From Burkholderiaceae bacterium (GTDB taxonomy: Bacteria > Pseudomonadota > Gammaproteobacteria > Burkholderiales > Burkholderiaceae_F): a stretch of DNA of 44,616 nucleotides. The position numbers and the translations under genes were made by a program. Location of the stretch: assembly GCA_013696665.1 (NCBI GenBank), contig JACCYC010000060.1, positions 1 to 44,616 of the forward strand. The letters are read 5' to 3'. Each line of letters starts with the position of its first letter. The stretch's first letter is position 1. Below the pieces are notes generated by a model. The model saw only the letters and a list, made by a program, of their open reading frames with translations, had not been told where the DNA came from and did no database searches. Of this stretch, positions 1 through 9,518 are shown piece after piece.

Positions 1-899
1 TCCAATCCCTTGATCACTTCGTAACGGCCGCCGGCGCAGGTACACGGCACGCCGTAAATCACATCGGCTGGAATTCCGTAGCTGCCGTCAGAGGGCACGC
101 CCATCGTGACCCATTTGCCGTTGGTTCCCGACACCCAGTCGCGCACGTGATCGATCGCCGCATTGGCGGCCGATGCGGCCGATGACAAGCCGCGCGCTTC
201 GATGATCGCGGCACCGCGTTTGCCGACCGTAGGAATGTAAGTCTCGCGGTACCAGGTGTCCTCGACCAGCGGCTTTGCCGGTCGACCGTTGATCGTGGCA
301 AAGCGTAAGTCGGGGTACATCGTAGGCGAGTGATTGCCCCACACGACCATTTTCTCGATTGCCGCAACCGGGCTGTTTGTCTTCGCAGCGAGCTGCGACA
401 GCGCGCGATTATGGTCGAGCCGCATCATTGCGGTGAATGAAGTCTTCGGTAGCGATGGCGCAGACTTCATTGCGATATAGGCATTCGTGTTAGCCGGGTT
501 GCCAACCACCAGCACCTTGACTGTTCGACTGGCGGCCTGGTCAAGCGCTTTGCCCTGCGCCGTAAAAATTTGCGCATTGGCGGCCAGCAGGTCCTTGCGT
601 TCCATTCCCGGCCCGCGCGGGCGGGCTCCGACCATCAGCGCAATGTCAGTGTCCTTGAAAGCGCTCGTCGCGTCGCAGTACGCATCCATCCCGGCGAGCA
701 GCGGAAACGCACAATCCTCGACCTCCATCATCACGCCCTTGAGCGCTTTCTGCGCCTTCTCGTCAGGAATTTCGAGCAATTGAAGATGGACCGGCTGGTC
801 TTTCCCCAGCATTTCGCCCGAGGCGATCCGAAACAGCAGCGAATATCCGATTTGCCCGGCAGCGCCGGTAACGGCGACGCGGACGGGGGCTGTGGTCAT
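1..899 (-). CDS. mdh: malate dehydrogenase, C-terminal end cut by window edge
   Basis: Absent from the ORF track because it has no stop inside the window. Reverse translation from the ATG at 899-897 reads [40 protein letters not shown]..., with a GAAGQIG Rossmann motif. The frame stays open down to base 3. Confidence 0.9.
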   Translation of the reverse strand, partial: MTTAPVRVAVTGAAGQIGYSLLFRIASGEMLGKDQPVHLQLLEIPDEKAQKALKGVMMEVEDCAFPLLAGMDAYCDATSAFKDTDIALMVGARPRGPGMERKDLLAANAQIFTAQGKALDQAASRTVKVLVVGNPANTNAYIAMKSAPSLPKTSFTAMMRLDHNRALSQLAAKTNSPVAAIEKMVVWGNHSPTMYPDLRFATINGRPAKPLVEDTWYRETYIPTVGKRGAAIIEARGLSSAASAANAAIDHVRDWVSGTNGKWVTMGVPSDGSYGIPADVIYGVPCTCAGGRYEVIKGL

Positions 900-1046
900 C
901 GTTGAACTCTCCGAATGTGTCGTAGGCGTGCGGCGTTTGAAGGCTATCAGGCCCGGTGATTGTTTCTCTCCGGAAGCCGCCGTTCGAAATAGTCTACTGC
1001 CCTACGAACCGGCCAGAGCTGCGTCCATCAGCGCGTGCCCGTCCAG

Positions 1047-1071
1047 TCTTATATAAGATACAAGATATAAT
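1047..1071. promoter_or_regulatory. candidate operator plus -10 box in the mdh/gntR divergent spacer
   Basis: Perfect 12-bp palindrome TCTTATATAAGA (1047-1058), an AAGATA direct repeat (1055-1060 and 1062-1067) and a consensus TATAAT (1066-1071). This is the only strongly AT-rich patch in the window and lies 12 nt upstream of the gntR ORF. Confidence 0.3.
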
Positions 1072-1082
1072 GTAAAGCTGGT

Positions 1083-1856
1083 ATGGTGAAATCAGGCATG
1101 AGTGGAGTCGATGGTCCGGACGCCCCGCGCGCCAGCAAGGCCGCCGTTTACGCGCCTTTGTATCGGCAAATCAAGAGCTTGCTACTGCGCAGCCTGCAGG
1201 TCGGCGAGTGGAAGCCGGGCCAGATGATTCCGAGTGAGCTCGAGCTGGCAAACCGATTTCAGGTCAGCCAGGGCACGGTGCGAAAAGCAATCGATGAACT
1301 ATCGACCGAGAATTTGTTGATTCGCAAGCAGGGCAAAGGGACGTTCGTGGCGACCCACCACGAGCCGCGCGCTCGATTCCGGTTTCTTCGCGTAGTGCCT
1401 GACGATCGCGCGCCGGTCCCCGCAGTCAGCCGATACCTTGAATGCAAGAGAGTTCGTGCACCGCGCGAGGTTGGAATGCAGCTCGCGCTCAAGCCTAGCG
1501 ATCCGCTGGTCTATCTCCGTCGTTTGCTGACCTTTGAAGGTTCTCCGGTGGTGCTTGATGAGATCTGGCTGCCTGGGCAGCTGTTCAAGAAGTTGACCGC
1601 CGAACGTCTTGCCGAATACAACGGTCCGCTTTATGGCTTGTTTGAATCCGAATTCGGAACGCGGATGATTCGCGCCGATGAACGCATTCGGGCGGTGGCG
1701 GCGGCCGCCGATGCCGCGCGGCTTCTGAAGGTGGCAGCCGGCTCCCCGCTGTTGCTGGTTGAACGCGTTTCCTATACCTATGGCGAGCGGCCGGTCGAGG
1801 TGCGACGCGGCTTATCGGTCACTGAGGAGTATCACTATCGGAACACGCTGACTTAG
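1083..1856 (+). CDS. GntR/HutC-family transcriptional regulator (wHTH plus UTRA-type effector domain)
   Basis: 257-aa ORF. The HTH region reads SELELANRFQVSQGTVRKAIDELSTENLLIRKQGKGTFV. It sits between mdh and sdhC, as I recall for Burkholderiales. The start could instead be the ATG at 1098. Confidence 0.85.
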   Translation: MVKSGMSGVDGPDAPRASKAAVYAPLYRQIKSLLLRSLQVGEWKPGQMIPSELELANRFQVSQGTVRKAIDELSTENLLIRKQGKGTFVATHHEPRARFRFLRVVPDDRAPVPAVSRYLECKRVRAPREVGMQLALKPSDPLVYLRRLLTFEGSPVVLDEIWLPGQLFKKLTAERLAEYNGPLYGLFESEFGTRMIRADERIRAVAAAADAARLLKVAAGSPLLLVERVSYTYGERPVEVRRGLSVTEEYHYRNTLT

Positions 1857-1968
1857 AGGCCGCCACAATTTGCCGGCGCTGGCCAGTGCGATTTGGTTCA
1901 GTGCATCAATTCGGTCAGAATATCGGTCGAACCCGACTCCGTCTCGCCTCAAACTGAATAATCAGCCG

Positions 1969-2385
1969 ATGAGCACGTTTACCGCAACAAAACGACCGCG
2001 GCGGGTTTATCGCAATCTTCAGTTCCCGCTGCTGCTTACGTACCGGTTACCGCTCGCGGGCGTGGTGTCGATCATGCATCGAATTAGCGGCGCGCTTTTG
2101 TTTCTCGCATTGCCTTTTCTGCTGTGGCTGTTTGATCTGAGCCTTACGTCCGAGTTGAGCTTCGAGCGGTTACGCGGACTGACCTCAAATTTCCTGGTCA
2201 AACTGACTTTGCTGTTGCTGATCTGGAGTTTTCTGCACCATCTGATTGCTGGCGTTCGCTACTTGGTGCTGGATCTTCATATCGGGCTTGGCCTCAAATC
2301 GTCGCGCTCGAGTGCCATGGCTGTTTATGCGATTAGTCTGCCGCTGACACTGCTCGCCGCTCTGCGTTTGTTCGGGGCTATCTGA
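1969..2385 (+). CDS. sdhC: succinate dehydrogenase cytochrome b556 subunit
   Basis: The track ORF 1870-2385 starts at a TTG. I use the internal ATG at 1969 (MSTFTATKRPRRVYRNLQFPL...). It has three hydrophobic helices and an SIMHRISGALLFL motif, and lies first in the sdh operon. Confidence 0.8.
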   Translation: MSTFTATKRPRRVYRNLQFPLLLTYRLPLAGVVSIMHRISGALLFLALPFLLWLFDLSLTSELSFERLRGLTSNFLVKLTLLLLIWSFLHHLIAGVRYLVLDLHIGLGLKSSRSSAMAVYAISLPLTLLAALRLFGAI

Positions 2386-2750
2386 TGGCAGGTCTAAGAG
2401 GCATTGGCTCCAAGCGCCTCGTGGTTGGGGCGCACTACGGGGTGACTAGCTTTCTTGGCCAGCGCATCACGTCGGTAGTGCTGGTTATCTGGCTGCTGCT
2501 GGTGGGCCTCAGCCTGCTGTTTGGCCCGCTTTCATACGACACATGGGCCGCTTTGTTCGCGCCGCTGTGGATGAAGATCGTCAGCCTTATTGCGCTTTTG
2601 TCATTGCTTTACCACGCGTGGGTCGGGCTGCGCAATATTTGGATGGATTACGTCACGCCGGTGTGGGCGCGCCTGTCTCTGCAGTCAGTCACCGTCTTGT
2701 GGCTGATCAGTTGTGCGGTCTGGTCGGTTCAGATTTTGTGGAGAGTCTGA
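2385..2750 (+). CDS. sdhD: succinate dehydrogenase hydrophobic membrane anchor subunit
   Basis: 121-aa three-helix membrane protein. Its ATG at 2385 shares a base with the sdhC TGA (2383-2385). Operon position is between sdhC and sdhA. Confidence 0.85.
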   Translation: MAGLRGIGSKRLVVGAHYGVTSFLGQRITSVVLVIWLLLVGLSLLFGPLSYDTWAALFAPLWMKIVSLIALLSLLYHAWVGLRNIWMDYVTPVWARLSLQSVTVLWLISCAVWSVQILWRV

Positions 2751-2755
2751 GTAGC

Positions 2756-4534
2756 GTGGCCAACCTGTCCGGTCTTGCAAGACGCCGCTTCGATGCGGTG
2801 ATCGTCGGCGCCGGGGGCGCGGGGATGCGATGTTCATTGCAGCTGGCAAACGCCGGATTGAACGTCGCAGTGCTGTCGAAGGTTTTTCCCACCCGCTCGC
2901 ACACGGTGGCAGCGCAGGGTGGAATTGGCGCCTCGCTTGGCAACATGACCGAAGACAACTGGTTGTGGCACATGTTCGATACGGTCAAAGGCTCGGACTA
3001 TCTGGGCGACCAGGACGCGATCGAGTTCATGTGCCGCGAAGCGCCCAACGTGGTGTACGAGCTCGAGCACTTCGGCATGCCATTCGATCGCAACCCGGAC
3101 GGAACGATTTATCAGCGCCCGTTCGGTGGCCACTCGGCGCACTTTGGCGAAAAACCCGTCCCACGCGCGTGCGCTGCCGCAGATCGCACCGGGCACGCGC
3201 TGCTGCATACGCTGTATCAACGCAATGTCGCTTCGCGCACCCAGTTCTTTGTTGAGTGGATGGCGCTCGATTTGATTCGTAACGCTGATGGCGACGTGGT
3301 GGGCGTTATTGCAATCGAAATGGAAACCGGCGAGCCGATGATCTTCGAGTCGAAGGTGACAGTGCTTGCGACCGGTGGCGCGGGTCGGATCTGGGACGCA
3401 TCGACTAACGCATATATCTGCACCGGCGACGGGATGGGAATGACCGCGCGCGCGGGTCTCCCCCTTGAAGACATGGAGTTCTGGCAGTTCCATCCCACCG
3501 GCGTGGCGGGTGCGGGCGTGCTGATCACTGAAGGCGTGCGCGGCGAAGGCGGCATCCTGCTGAACTGCAACGGCGAGCGCTTCATGGAGCGGTACGCACC
3601 AACGCTGAAGGACCTCGCGCCGCGCGATTTTGTTTCACGCTCCATGGATCAGGAGATCAAGGAAGGGCGCGGCTGCGGACCTAACAAAGACTATGTGCTG
3701 TTGAAGCTCGATCACCTGGGCGCAGAGACAATCATCAAGCGACTGCCATCGATCCGCGAAATTGCGATCAAATTTGCCAACGTCGATCCGATCCGCGAGC
3801 CCATTCCGGTCGTGCCGACCATTCACTATCAGATGGGTGGCATCCCGACGAACTACCTCGGTCAGGTGGTGGCGCCGAAGGATGGCAACCCAAGTGCGGT
3901 TGTCGACGGCCTGTATGCGATTGGCGAGTGCGCGTGCGTCAGCGTGCATGGCGCCAATCGACTCGGCACGAACTCGCTGCTCGACCTGCTTGTGTTCGGC
4001 CGTGCCGCTGGCAATCACATCGTCGAGCGGCACGCGACCCAGCGTGAAGGGCACCGCAGCTTTCCCGCCGACGGCGGGCAGCACACGGTCGCCCGCCTGA
4101 CGGCGCTCGACGCGGCGAGCAACGGCGAGCGCGTTCAGGACGTTGCCAACGATATTCGAAAGACGATGCAGTTTCATTGCGGCGTGTTTCGGACCGGCGC
4201 GACGCTGCAGGAAGGCGTGCGCAAAATCATGGCGCTTGAGGAGCGTGCGAAGCGCGTCTCGATCGAAGACAAGTCCAAAATTTTTAATACTGCTCGAATC
4301 GAGGCGCTCGAGCTCGAGAACCTGGTCGAGACCGCCAAGGCGACGATCGTGTCAGCCGCAGCACGCACCGAAAGCCGCGGCGCTCATGCGCGTGACGATT
4401 TTCCAGAGCGCGACGACGTGCACTGGATCAAACACACGTTGTACTACTCCGACGGTAATCGTCTCGATTACAAGCCGGTGAACATGAAACCGCTCAGCGT
4501 TGAGACGTTCGAACCTAAGAGAAGAACGTTTTGA
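2756..4534 (+). CDS. sdhA: succinate dehydrogenase flavoprotein subunit
   Basis: The track ORF 2543-4534 overlaps sdhD. I trimmed it to the GTG at 2756, which follows GGAGAG (2740-2745). Motifs: FDAVIVGAGGAGMR FAD fold, RSHTVAAQGG (covalent-FAD His region) and HYQMGGIPT. Length 592 aa. Confidence 0.95.
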   Translation: MANLSGLARRRFDAVIVGAGGAGMRCSLQLANAGLNVAVLSKVFPTRSHTVAAQGGIGASLGNMTEDNWLWHMFDTVKGSDYLGDQDAIEFMCREAPNVVYELEHFGMPFDRNPDGTIYQRPFGGHSAHFGEKPVPRACAAADRTGHALLHTLYQRNVASRTQFFVEWMALDLIRNADGDVVGVIAIEMETGEPMIFESKVTVLATGGAGRIWDASTNAYICTGDGMGMTARAGLPLEDMEFWQFHPTGVAGAGVLITEGVRGEGGILLNCNGERFMERYAPTLKDLAPRDFVSRSMDQEIKEGRGCGPNKDYVLLKLDHLGAETIIKRLPSIREIAIKFANVDPIREPIPVVPTIHYQMGGIPTNYLGQVVAPKDGNPSAVVDGLYAIGECACVSVHGANRLGTNSLLDLLVFGRAAGNHIVERHATQREGHRSFPADGGQHTVARLTALDAASNGERVQDVANDIRKTMQFHCGVFRTGATLQEGVRKIMALEERAKRVSIEDKSKIFNTARIEALELENLVETAKATIVSAAARTESRGAHARDDFPERDDVHWIKHTLYYSDGNRLDYKPVNMKPLSVETFEPKRRTF

Positions 4535-4544
4535 AGGAATCACG

Positions 4545-5297
4545 ATGAACGAAAGCGCAGTTGCAGTACCGGGTGTTGCACCGGCAGAAGCACGAACGGT
4601 GCACTTCGAAATCTATCGCTACGACCCGGACAAGGACGACAGGCCCTACATGCAGAAGCTGCAGGTGGCGCTGCAACCGGCCGACCGGATGCTGCTCGAC
4701 GCTTTGATCCGCATCAAGAGCGAGGTCGACGACAGCCTGTCGCTGCGGCGCAGCTGCCGCGAGGGTGTATGCGGCTCCGACGCGATGAACATCAACGGCA
4801 AAAACGGGCTGGCGTGTGTCACGAACCTCCGGGACCTGAAGGAGCCGATTGTTCTGCGGCCGTTGCCGGGTCTGCCGGTCATCCGTGACCTGATCGTCGA
4901 CATGTCGCAGTTTTTCAAGCAGTACAACTCGATCAAGCCTTATCTGATCAACGACACGCCGCCGCCGGAAAAAGAGCGACTGCAATCGCCCGAAGAACGC
5001 GAAGAGCTCAACGGACTGTACGAATGCATTTTGTGTGCGTGCTGTTCAACTGCGTGTCCGTCGTTCTGGTGGAATCCGGACAAGTTCGTCGGGCCGGCGG
5101 GTTTGCTGCAGGCGTACCGGTTCATTGCCGACTCGCGCGACCAGGCGACCAACGAGCGGCTGGACGATCTGCACGACCCGTATCGATTGTTCCGGTGCCA
5201 CACGATCATGAACTGCGTCGACGTATGCCCGAAGAACCTGAACCCGACGATGGCCATCGGCAAGATCAAGGAGCTGCTGGTGCGGAGGGCGGTGTGA
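4545..5297 (+). CDS. sdhB: succinate dehydrogenase iron-sulfur subunit
   Basis: ATG at 4545 after GAAGGA. Three Cys clusters: CREGVCGSDAMNINGKNGLAC, CILCACCSTACP and CHTIMNCVDVCP. Confidence 0.95.
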   Translation: MNESAVAVPGVAPAEARTVHFEIYRYDPDKDDRPYMQKLQVALQPADRMLLDALIRIKSEVDDSLSLRRSCREGVCGSDAMNINGKNGLACVTNLRDLKEPIVLRPLPGLPVIRDLIVDMSQFFKQYNSIKPYLINDTPPPEKERLQSPEEREELNGLYECILCACCSTACPSFWWNPDKFVGPAGLLQAYRFIADSRDQATNERLDDLHDPYRLFRCHTIMNCVDVCPKNLNPTMAIGKIKELLVRRAV

Positions 5298-5563
5298 TTG
5301 TCGAGGCGGCGGAGTTACCTCTTGCGCGACGGCGGTTGCGCTGGCGCGCGCGTCGAGGGTTGCTTGAAAACGATTTGATCCTATCGCGTTTCTTTGCAAG
5401 TCACGGCGATGACCTGACCGCAGACGAGATGGTGGCGGTCGAGTCGTTGCTTGATCTTCCGGAGAATGAACTGCTCGACGTGCTGCTGGCGCGCGCTGAA
5501 CTGCGCGATGCAATCGATATCCCCGACGTACGTGCGGTGTTGCAACGTCTGCGCGCCGCTTGA
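5294..5563 (+). CDS. sdhE: FAD assembly factor SdhE (YgfY/DUF339 family)
   Basis: 89 aa from the GTG at 5294, which forms a GTGA overlap with the sdhB stop. It contains the RGxxE motif (RRGLLENDL) and lies between sdhB and gltA. Confidence 0.8.
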   Translation: MIVEAAELPLARRRLRWRARRGLLENDLILSRFFASHGDDLTADEMVAVESLLDLPENELLDVLLARAELRDAIDIPDVRAVLQRLRAA

Positions 5564-5583
5564 ATATTCACCAGGACTCCTCA

Positions 5584-6900
5584 ATGGCGCTCGATGCCTC
5601 GAACAAGAAAGCCACGCTGTCATTTTCTGATGGCACGCCTTCAATGGACCTGCCGATACACGAGGGGACGATTGGCCCGGACGTGATTGATATTCGACAG
5701 TTGTACGGGAAGACAAAAAAATTCACGTACGACCCCGGATTCATGTCGACCGCGGCGTGCGATTCATCGATCACCTATATCGACGGCGACAAGGGAGAGC
5801 TGCTTTATCGCGGCTATCCGATCGAGCAACTCGCCACCCAATGTGACTATCTCGAAACGTGCCACCTGCTGCTATATGGCGAGTTGCCCAACGTGGCCCA
5901 GAAGCAGGCATTCGACAAGACAGTGACGTATCACACGATGGTCAACGAGCAGATGCAGTTTTTTCTGCGCGGGTTCCGGCGCGATGCGCACCCGATGGCA
6001 GTGATGACGGGCCTGGTTGGCGCCATGTCTGCGTTTTATCCCGACTCGATGAATCTGAACGACCCGCAGCAGCGCGAGATCTCCGCGCACCGGTTGATTG
6101 CGAAGATGCCAACGCTGGTGGCGATGGCTTACAAGTACACGGTGGGTCAGCCTTATGTTTACCCTCGCAATGATCTGTCTTATGCGGCCAATTTCATGCG
6201 CATGATGTTCGCCACGCCGTGCGAGGAATACAAGGTTAACGACGTGCTGGTGCGCGCGATGGATCGCATCTTTATTCTGCACGCCGATCATGAGCAAAAC
6301 GCTTCGACCTCGACCGTTCGGCTCTGCGCGTCGTCGGGGACCAATCCGTTCGCAGCGATCGCCGCGGGCGTGGCGTGTCTCTGGGGGCCTGCGCACGGCG
6401 GTGCCAACGAGGCAGCCTTGAACATGCTGTACGACATACAGTCGCAGGGCGGCGTGGCGAAGATCGGCGAGTTTATCGCCAAGGTCAAGGATAAGGATTC
6501 AGAAGTGCGTTTGATGGGTTTTGGCCATCGGGTTTACAAGAACTACGATCCACGCGCCAAGCTGATGCGCGAAACGTGCCACGAAGTACTGCACGAACTC
6601 GGGCTGCAAAATGACCCGCTGTTTGAGCTGGCGATGGCACTCGAAAAGATCGCGCTGGAGGATGACTATTTCGTCAGCCGCAAGCTGTATCCGAACGTCG
6701 ACTACTACTCGGGCATCGTGCAAAAAGCGATCGGGATCCCGGTGCCGTTGTTTACCGCGATCTTTGCCCTAGCTCGAACGGTTGGCTGGATTGCGCAATT
6801 GAACGAAATGATTGCCGATCCCGAATACAAGATCGGCCGGCCGAGACAGCTGTACGTCGGTGCAACCCGGCGTGATGCGAAGCCGATCGACAAGCGTTGA
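5584..6900 (+). CDS. gltA: type II citrate synthase
   Basis: ATG at 5584, 7 nt after CAGGA; the track start at 5560 is a TTG overlapping the sdhE stop. Signature [14 protein letters not shown]; N-terminus reads [29 protein letters not shown]. Confidence 0.93.
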   Translation: MALDASNKKATLSFSDGTPSMDLPIHEGTIGPDVIDIRQLYGKTKKFTYDPGFMSTAACDSSITYIDGDKGELLYRGYPIEQLATQCDYLETCHLLLYGELPNVAQKQAFDKTVTYHTMVNEQMQFFLRGFRRDAHPMAVMTGLVGAMSAFYPDSMNLNDPQQREISAHRLIAKMPTLVAMAYKYTVGQPYVYPRNDLSYAANFMRMMFATPCEEYKVNDVLVRAMDRIFILHADHEQNASTSTVRLCASSGTNPFAAIAAGVACLWGPAHGGANEAALNMLYDIQSQGGVAKIGEFIAKVKDKDSEVRLMGFGHRVYKNYDPRAKLMRETCHEVLHELGLQNDPLFELAMALEKIALEDDYFVSRKLYPNVDYYSGIVQKAIGIPVPLFTAIFALARTVGWIAQLNEMIADPEYKIGRPRQLYVGATRRDAKPIDKR

Positions 6901-6904
6901 GAGT

Positions 6905-7819
6905 TCAAGCCTTCTCCGCTTGCATTGGCTCGGCCTCAGTCGTGATCGGCTCATAACCGATCCGCTCGTACTCGGCGATCACCTGCGCGCCGAGCAGCAC
7001 CACAATTGCGCCAATCTCGACACTGATCAACACAGCGATCGACGTCGTCAGCGAGCCGTAGACCACCTGGATTTGCGAGATGGTCGAGTAATACCAGGCC
7101 AGAATATGGCGTGTGATCTCCCACAGCAGCGCCGCCGCCGTACCGCCGATCAACGCATGCCGTAGCCGCAGTCGCCCTACGGGCATCACCATATAAATCG
7201 CGGTCAACAGAAAGATCTCGCCACCCACTCCCATTAAGTACAGCAGTCGAGTCGAAAATAATTCGAGTGGCTGCGGCTCGCCAAAAATGATCAGCGAGTG
7301 AGTCCCTAGCTGGCCGATTGCACTCGAGACGATAGTGATAATCAGCAATCCCACGGAGAGCGAAAGAATGAACAGGTACGGCATTACCGCGGACATCAAG
7401 AAATGCCGCCGCCTCACCGTCACTCGATGAAAGAAAATCACCGACATCGCGTTCTCGAGAACGGTGAACGCCAGGCTGCTGAAGAACAGCATAAGGATCA
7501 GCAGTAACCATCCGACAACTTCACGATGCGCCAGAAAATTACGCAGTTCGCCCACCAGCGCGCCCGATTGGCCCGGAACCACGAACTCGAGGTAGGCGCC
7601 GATTGCACTCAGCACCTGCGCTTCTTCGAAAAGGTGCGTCAGCGCCAGCACGACCAGAATCAACAGCGGCACCAGCGATAGCAGCGCGTAGTAAGCGACT
7701 GCGCCCGCCAACAGCAATCCTTGATTGGCTCGAAACTGCTTCAGCACGGCGAGCGAAAAAACGCCCGGGTGCTTCAGCACCTTGGTGGCACGGCGCCCGA
7801 ATCCCTTCATTGGGCGCAC
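6905..7819 (-). CDS. YihY/BrkB (ribonuclease BN-like) family membrane protein
   Basis: 304-aa polytopic membrane ORF with an N-terminal FRANQGLLLAGAVAYYALLSLVPLL motif typical of the YihY family. It is convergent with gltA, with only 4 nt between the two stops. Confidence 0.8.
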   Translation of the reverse strand: MRPMKGFGRRATKVLKHPGVFSLAVLKQFRANQGLLLAGAVAYYALLSLVPLLILVVLALTHLFEEAQVLSAIGAYLEFVVPGQSGALVGELRNFLAHREVVGWLLLILMLFFSSLAFTVLENAMSVIFFHRVTVRRRHFLMSAVMPYLFILSLSVGLLIITIVSSAIGQLGTHSLIIFGEPQPLELFSTRLLYLMGVGGEIFLLTAIYMVMPVGRLRLRHALIGGTAAALLWEITRHILAWYYSTISQIQVVYGSLTTSIAVLISVEIGAIVVLLGAQVIAEYERIGYEPITTEAEPMQAEKA

Positions 7820-7835
7820 TGTAACGCGCCCTGTT

Positions 7836-7987
7836 TTACTGGTGTGTAGCGGTCTGTGGCGCGCGTGTCATTTTTCTCCAGTCGAACCTGCGCGTCGCGA
7901 TCATCGCCAGCGCCAGCATCGCGAACATCAGCACGCTTCCCATCAGTAGCGCGGTCCCTTCCGCGACCAAGATCGCGTAAATCGTGC
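7836..7987 (-). pseudogene. creD: displaced (out-of-frame) C-terminal coding segment of creD
   Basis: The alternative minus frame reads TIYAILVAEGTALLMGSVLMFAMLALAMIATRRFDWRKMTRAPQTATHQ, with its stop at 7838-7836. This is the expected last transmembrane helix of CreD. Confidence 0.6.
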
Positions 7988-9337
7988 GTACATCAGCGCC
8001 AAGCCAGAGCCGAAACCGAGCGCGCGTGAGCGGTCGGCCAGCACGTGGCTAACGTAGTAAGTAATCAACAAGATGCACACCGACGCTGCGGCTAGATAGG
8101 CGAGACCGAATGCGATGTGCTCGGACAGGCTCAGCAGCAGCAGGAAAAAGATTACCAGCGCGAGTCCGACGAAGCCGTACTGCACCGGATGCGCATTCAG
8201 CGATCGCAGCGTGTCGAACAAGAATAATGCGGCGAACACGAGCACGATGATCAGCGCGCCATGCTTGGTGGAGCGCTCGGCCAGCAAATACGTATTGACA
8301 GCTTCGATGAAATCGATTTCGAATGCATCAAGGCGGCTTGCGCGAGGCGGGCGATCCGCCGGCGTGGCGGACGCAATTGTTCTGATCTGCTGCTGCACGT
8401 CGGACGCCAGCGCGGACACAGACCACGCGGCTGAGAATCCGGCTGCGGTGACGGTGCGCTCGCTCGGCAAATAGCTGCCGCCGAAGTGCGGGTCGGTCCA
8501 GGCGGATCTGACCTTGACCATGCTTGCCTGTGCGGTCGGCGCAAAGGCCAGGCGCTCGGTACCCGCAAGATGGACGGTGATGGAGTACCGTGCGGTGATG
8601 CCATCAGCGGGAGTTGGCACCACCGCATGCAGGCCGGCGCTGAGCATCTGCATCTGTGTTCCCTCGCGAAACTTGATCGTGTCGCCCTGCGAAGCGAGCG
8701 ATGGTGATCCGCGCAAGCCGCGCACGTCAGAGATCGGCAGCACTAGCCGCGGCTCGCCCCACACGATGCGCCGATCCGCTGCGGGTTTGATCGTGGCGCG
8801 ATCCGGCCATGTCACCTGGCCGTCGACGGTGATCGTCGACTCGAACGTACGAACGCGATGGATGCCTCGATATCGGTCGTTGTGTACCACCACGTCGGCG
8901 GCTGCTTGTGTCTGATCGGCAAATATCAGCAAGTGCTTTGTTTCGCTCACCTGCGTCACACGAACGCGATTGTTCGTATCAATGCTTTGCTCGCTCCAGT
9001 GTTCGACGTAAGGCCAGATAAAAAAGGGAAGGGCCAGCGTCTGCGAACCGGCGAAGCTAGCCTGCACGCTTGCTACCGCCTCCATTCGGCGCGCTGCACG
9101 CTCTGCTATCAGCCCCTCGATCATGCCGAGGGGAATAAGCATCAACACCACCAGAACGCCGATGACGACGGCCTTTGACAACAATGGATTGCGAGGCACC
9201 TTGAGCACGCGAGTCTCCGAACGTAAGGAGTCCAAATCGTCACGCTCGCGTGTGAACGCGGCCGAAGCGCGCGTGAAGCTAGGGTGAAGACTGTCGCCCG
9301 CGCTCAGCGCCGCCCGTGGCGGGTCGCTTCTTCGCAT
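7943..9337 (-). CDS. creD: CreD-family inner membrane protein; 3' end apparently frameshifted
   Basis: Large periplasmic region after the first helix (LSKAVVIGVLVVLMLIPLGMIEGLIAERAARR), followed by a C-terminal helix bundle with LLSLSEHIAFGLAYL. The likely true start is the GTG at 9208, preceded by GGAG with a 6-nt spacer. In this frame the ORF ends in a non-hydrophobic tail, ARFTRSWSRKGPRY. Confidence 0.8.
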   Translation of the reverse strand: MRRSDPPRAALSAGDSLHPSFTRASAAFTRERDDLDSLRSETRVLKVPRNPLLSKAVVIGVLVVLMLIPLGMIEGLIAERAARRMEAVASVQASFAGSQTLALPFFIWPYVEHWSEQSIDTNNRVRVTQVSETKHLLIFADQTQAAADVVVHNDRYRGIHRVRTFESTITVDGQVTWPDRATIKPAADRRIVWGEPRLVLPISDVRGLRGSPSLASQGDTIKFREGTQMQMLSAGLHAVVPTPADGITARYSITVHLAGTERLAFAPTAQASMVKVRSAWTDPHFGGSYLPSERTVTAAGFSAAWSVSALASDVQQQIRTIASATPADRPPRASRLDAFEIDFIEAVNTYLLAERSTKHGALIIVLVFAALFLFDTLRSLNAHPVQYGFVGLALVIFFLLLLSLSEHIAFGLAYLAAASVCILLITYYVSHVLADRSRALGFGSGLALMYARFTRSWSRKGPRY

Positions 9338-9518
9338 CTTTGGCGACCTCGAGGCAGCAGCGTCGCCGCTGATAACGGTCGCAGCACTTGGTGACCGGTC
9401 CGAGGATCAAAAGCCGCTCGTCCTGATCGGTGACTTCGGTAGTACCACCGAGTTCGTCGCAGGCTTCGTATTGCTGGTAGCGGCAACATGGGCGTCGCGC
9501 GCCACGTAGATCGAAGCC

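Noticed and set aside
2543-2755. N-terminal extensions of track ORFs: sdhA from 2543, sdhC from 1870, sdhB from 4500, bamD to 27678, rluD from 27251, phaB from 32817, SBP to 38628, phaR from 38327, rimO from 38914, korA to 12491, flavoprotein to 14461 and sucA from 14514.
   Set aside because: The extensions overlap the preceding gene or run through promoter spacers. They lack similarity to the conserved family N-termini, and better starts with Shine-Dalgarno sequences or stop/start overlaps exist downstream.
9304-9489. 61-aa minus-strand track ORF between korB and creD.
   Set aside because: Its translation is Arg-rich with poor third-position GC. The coding-like signal in this spacer is in a different frame, reported separately as the start-less Cys-rich frame.
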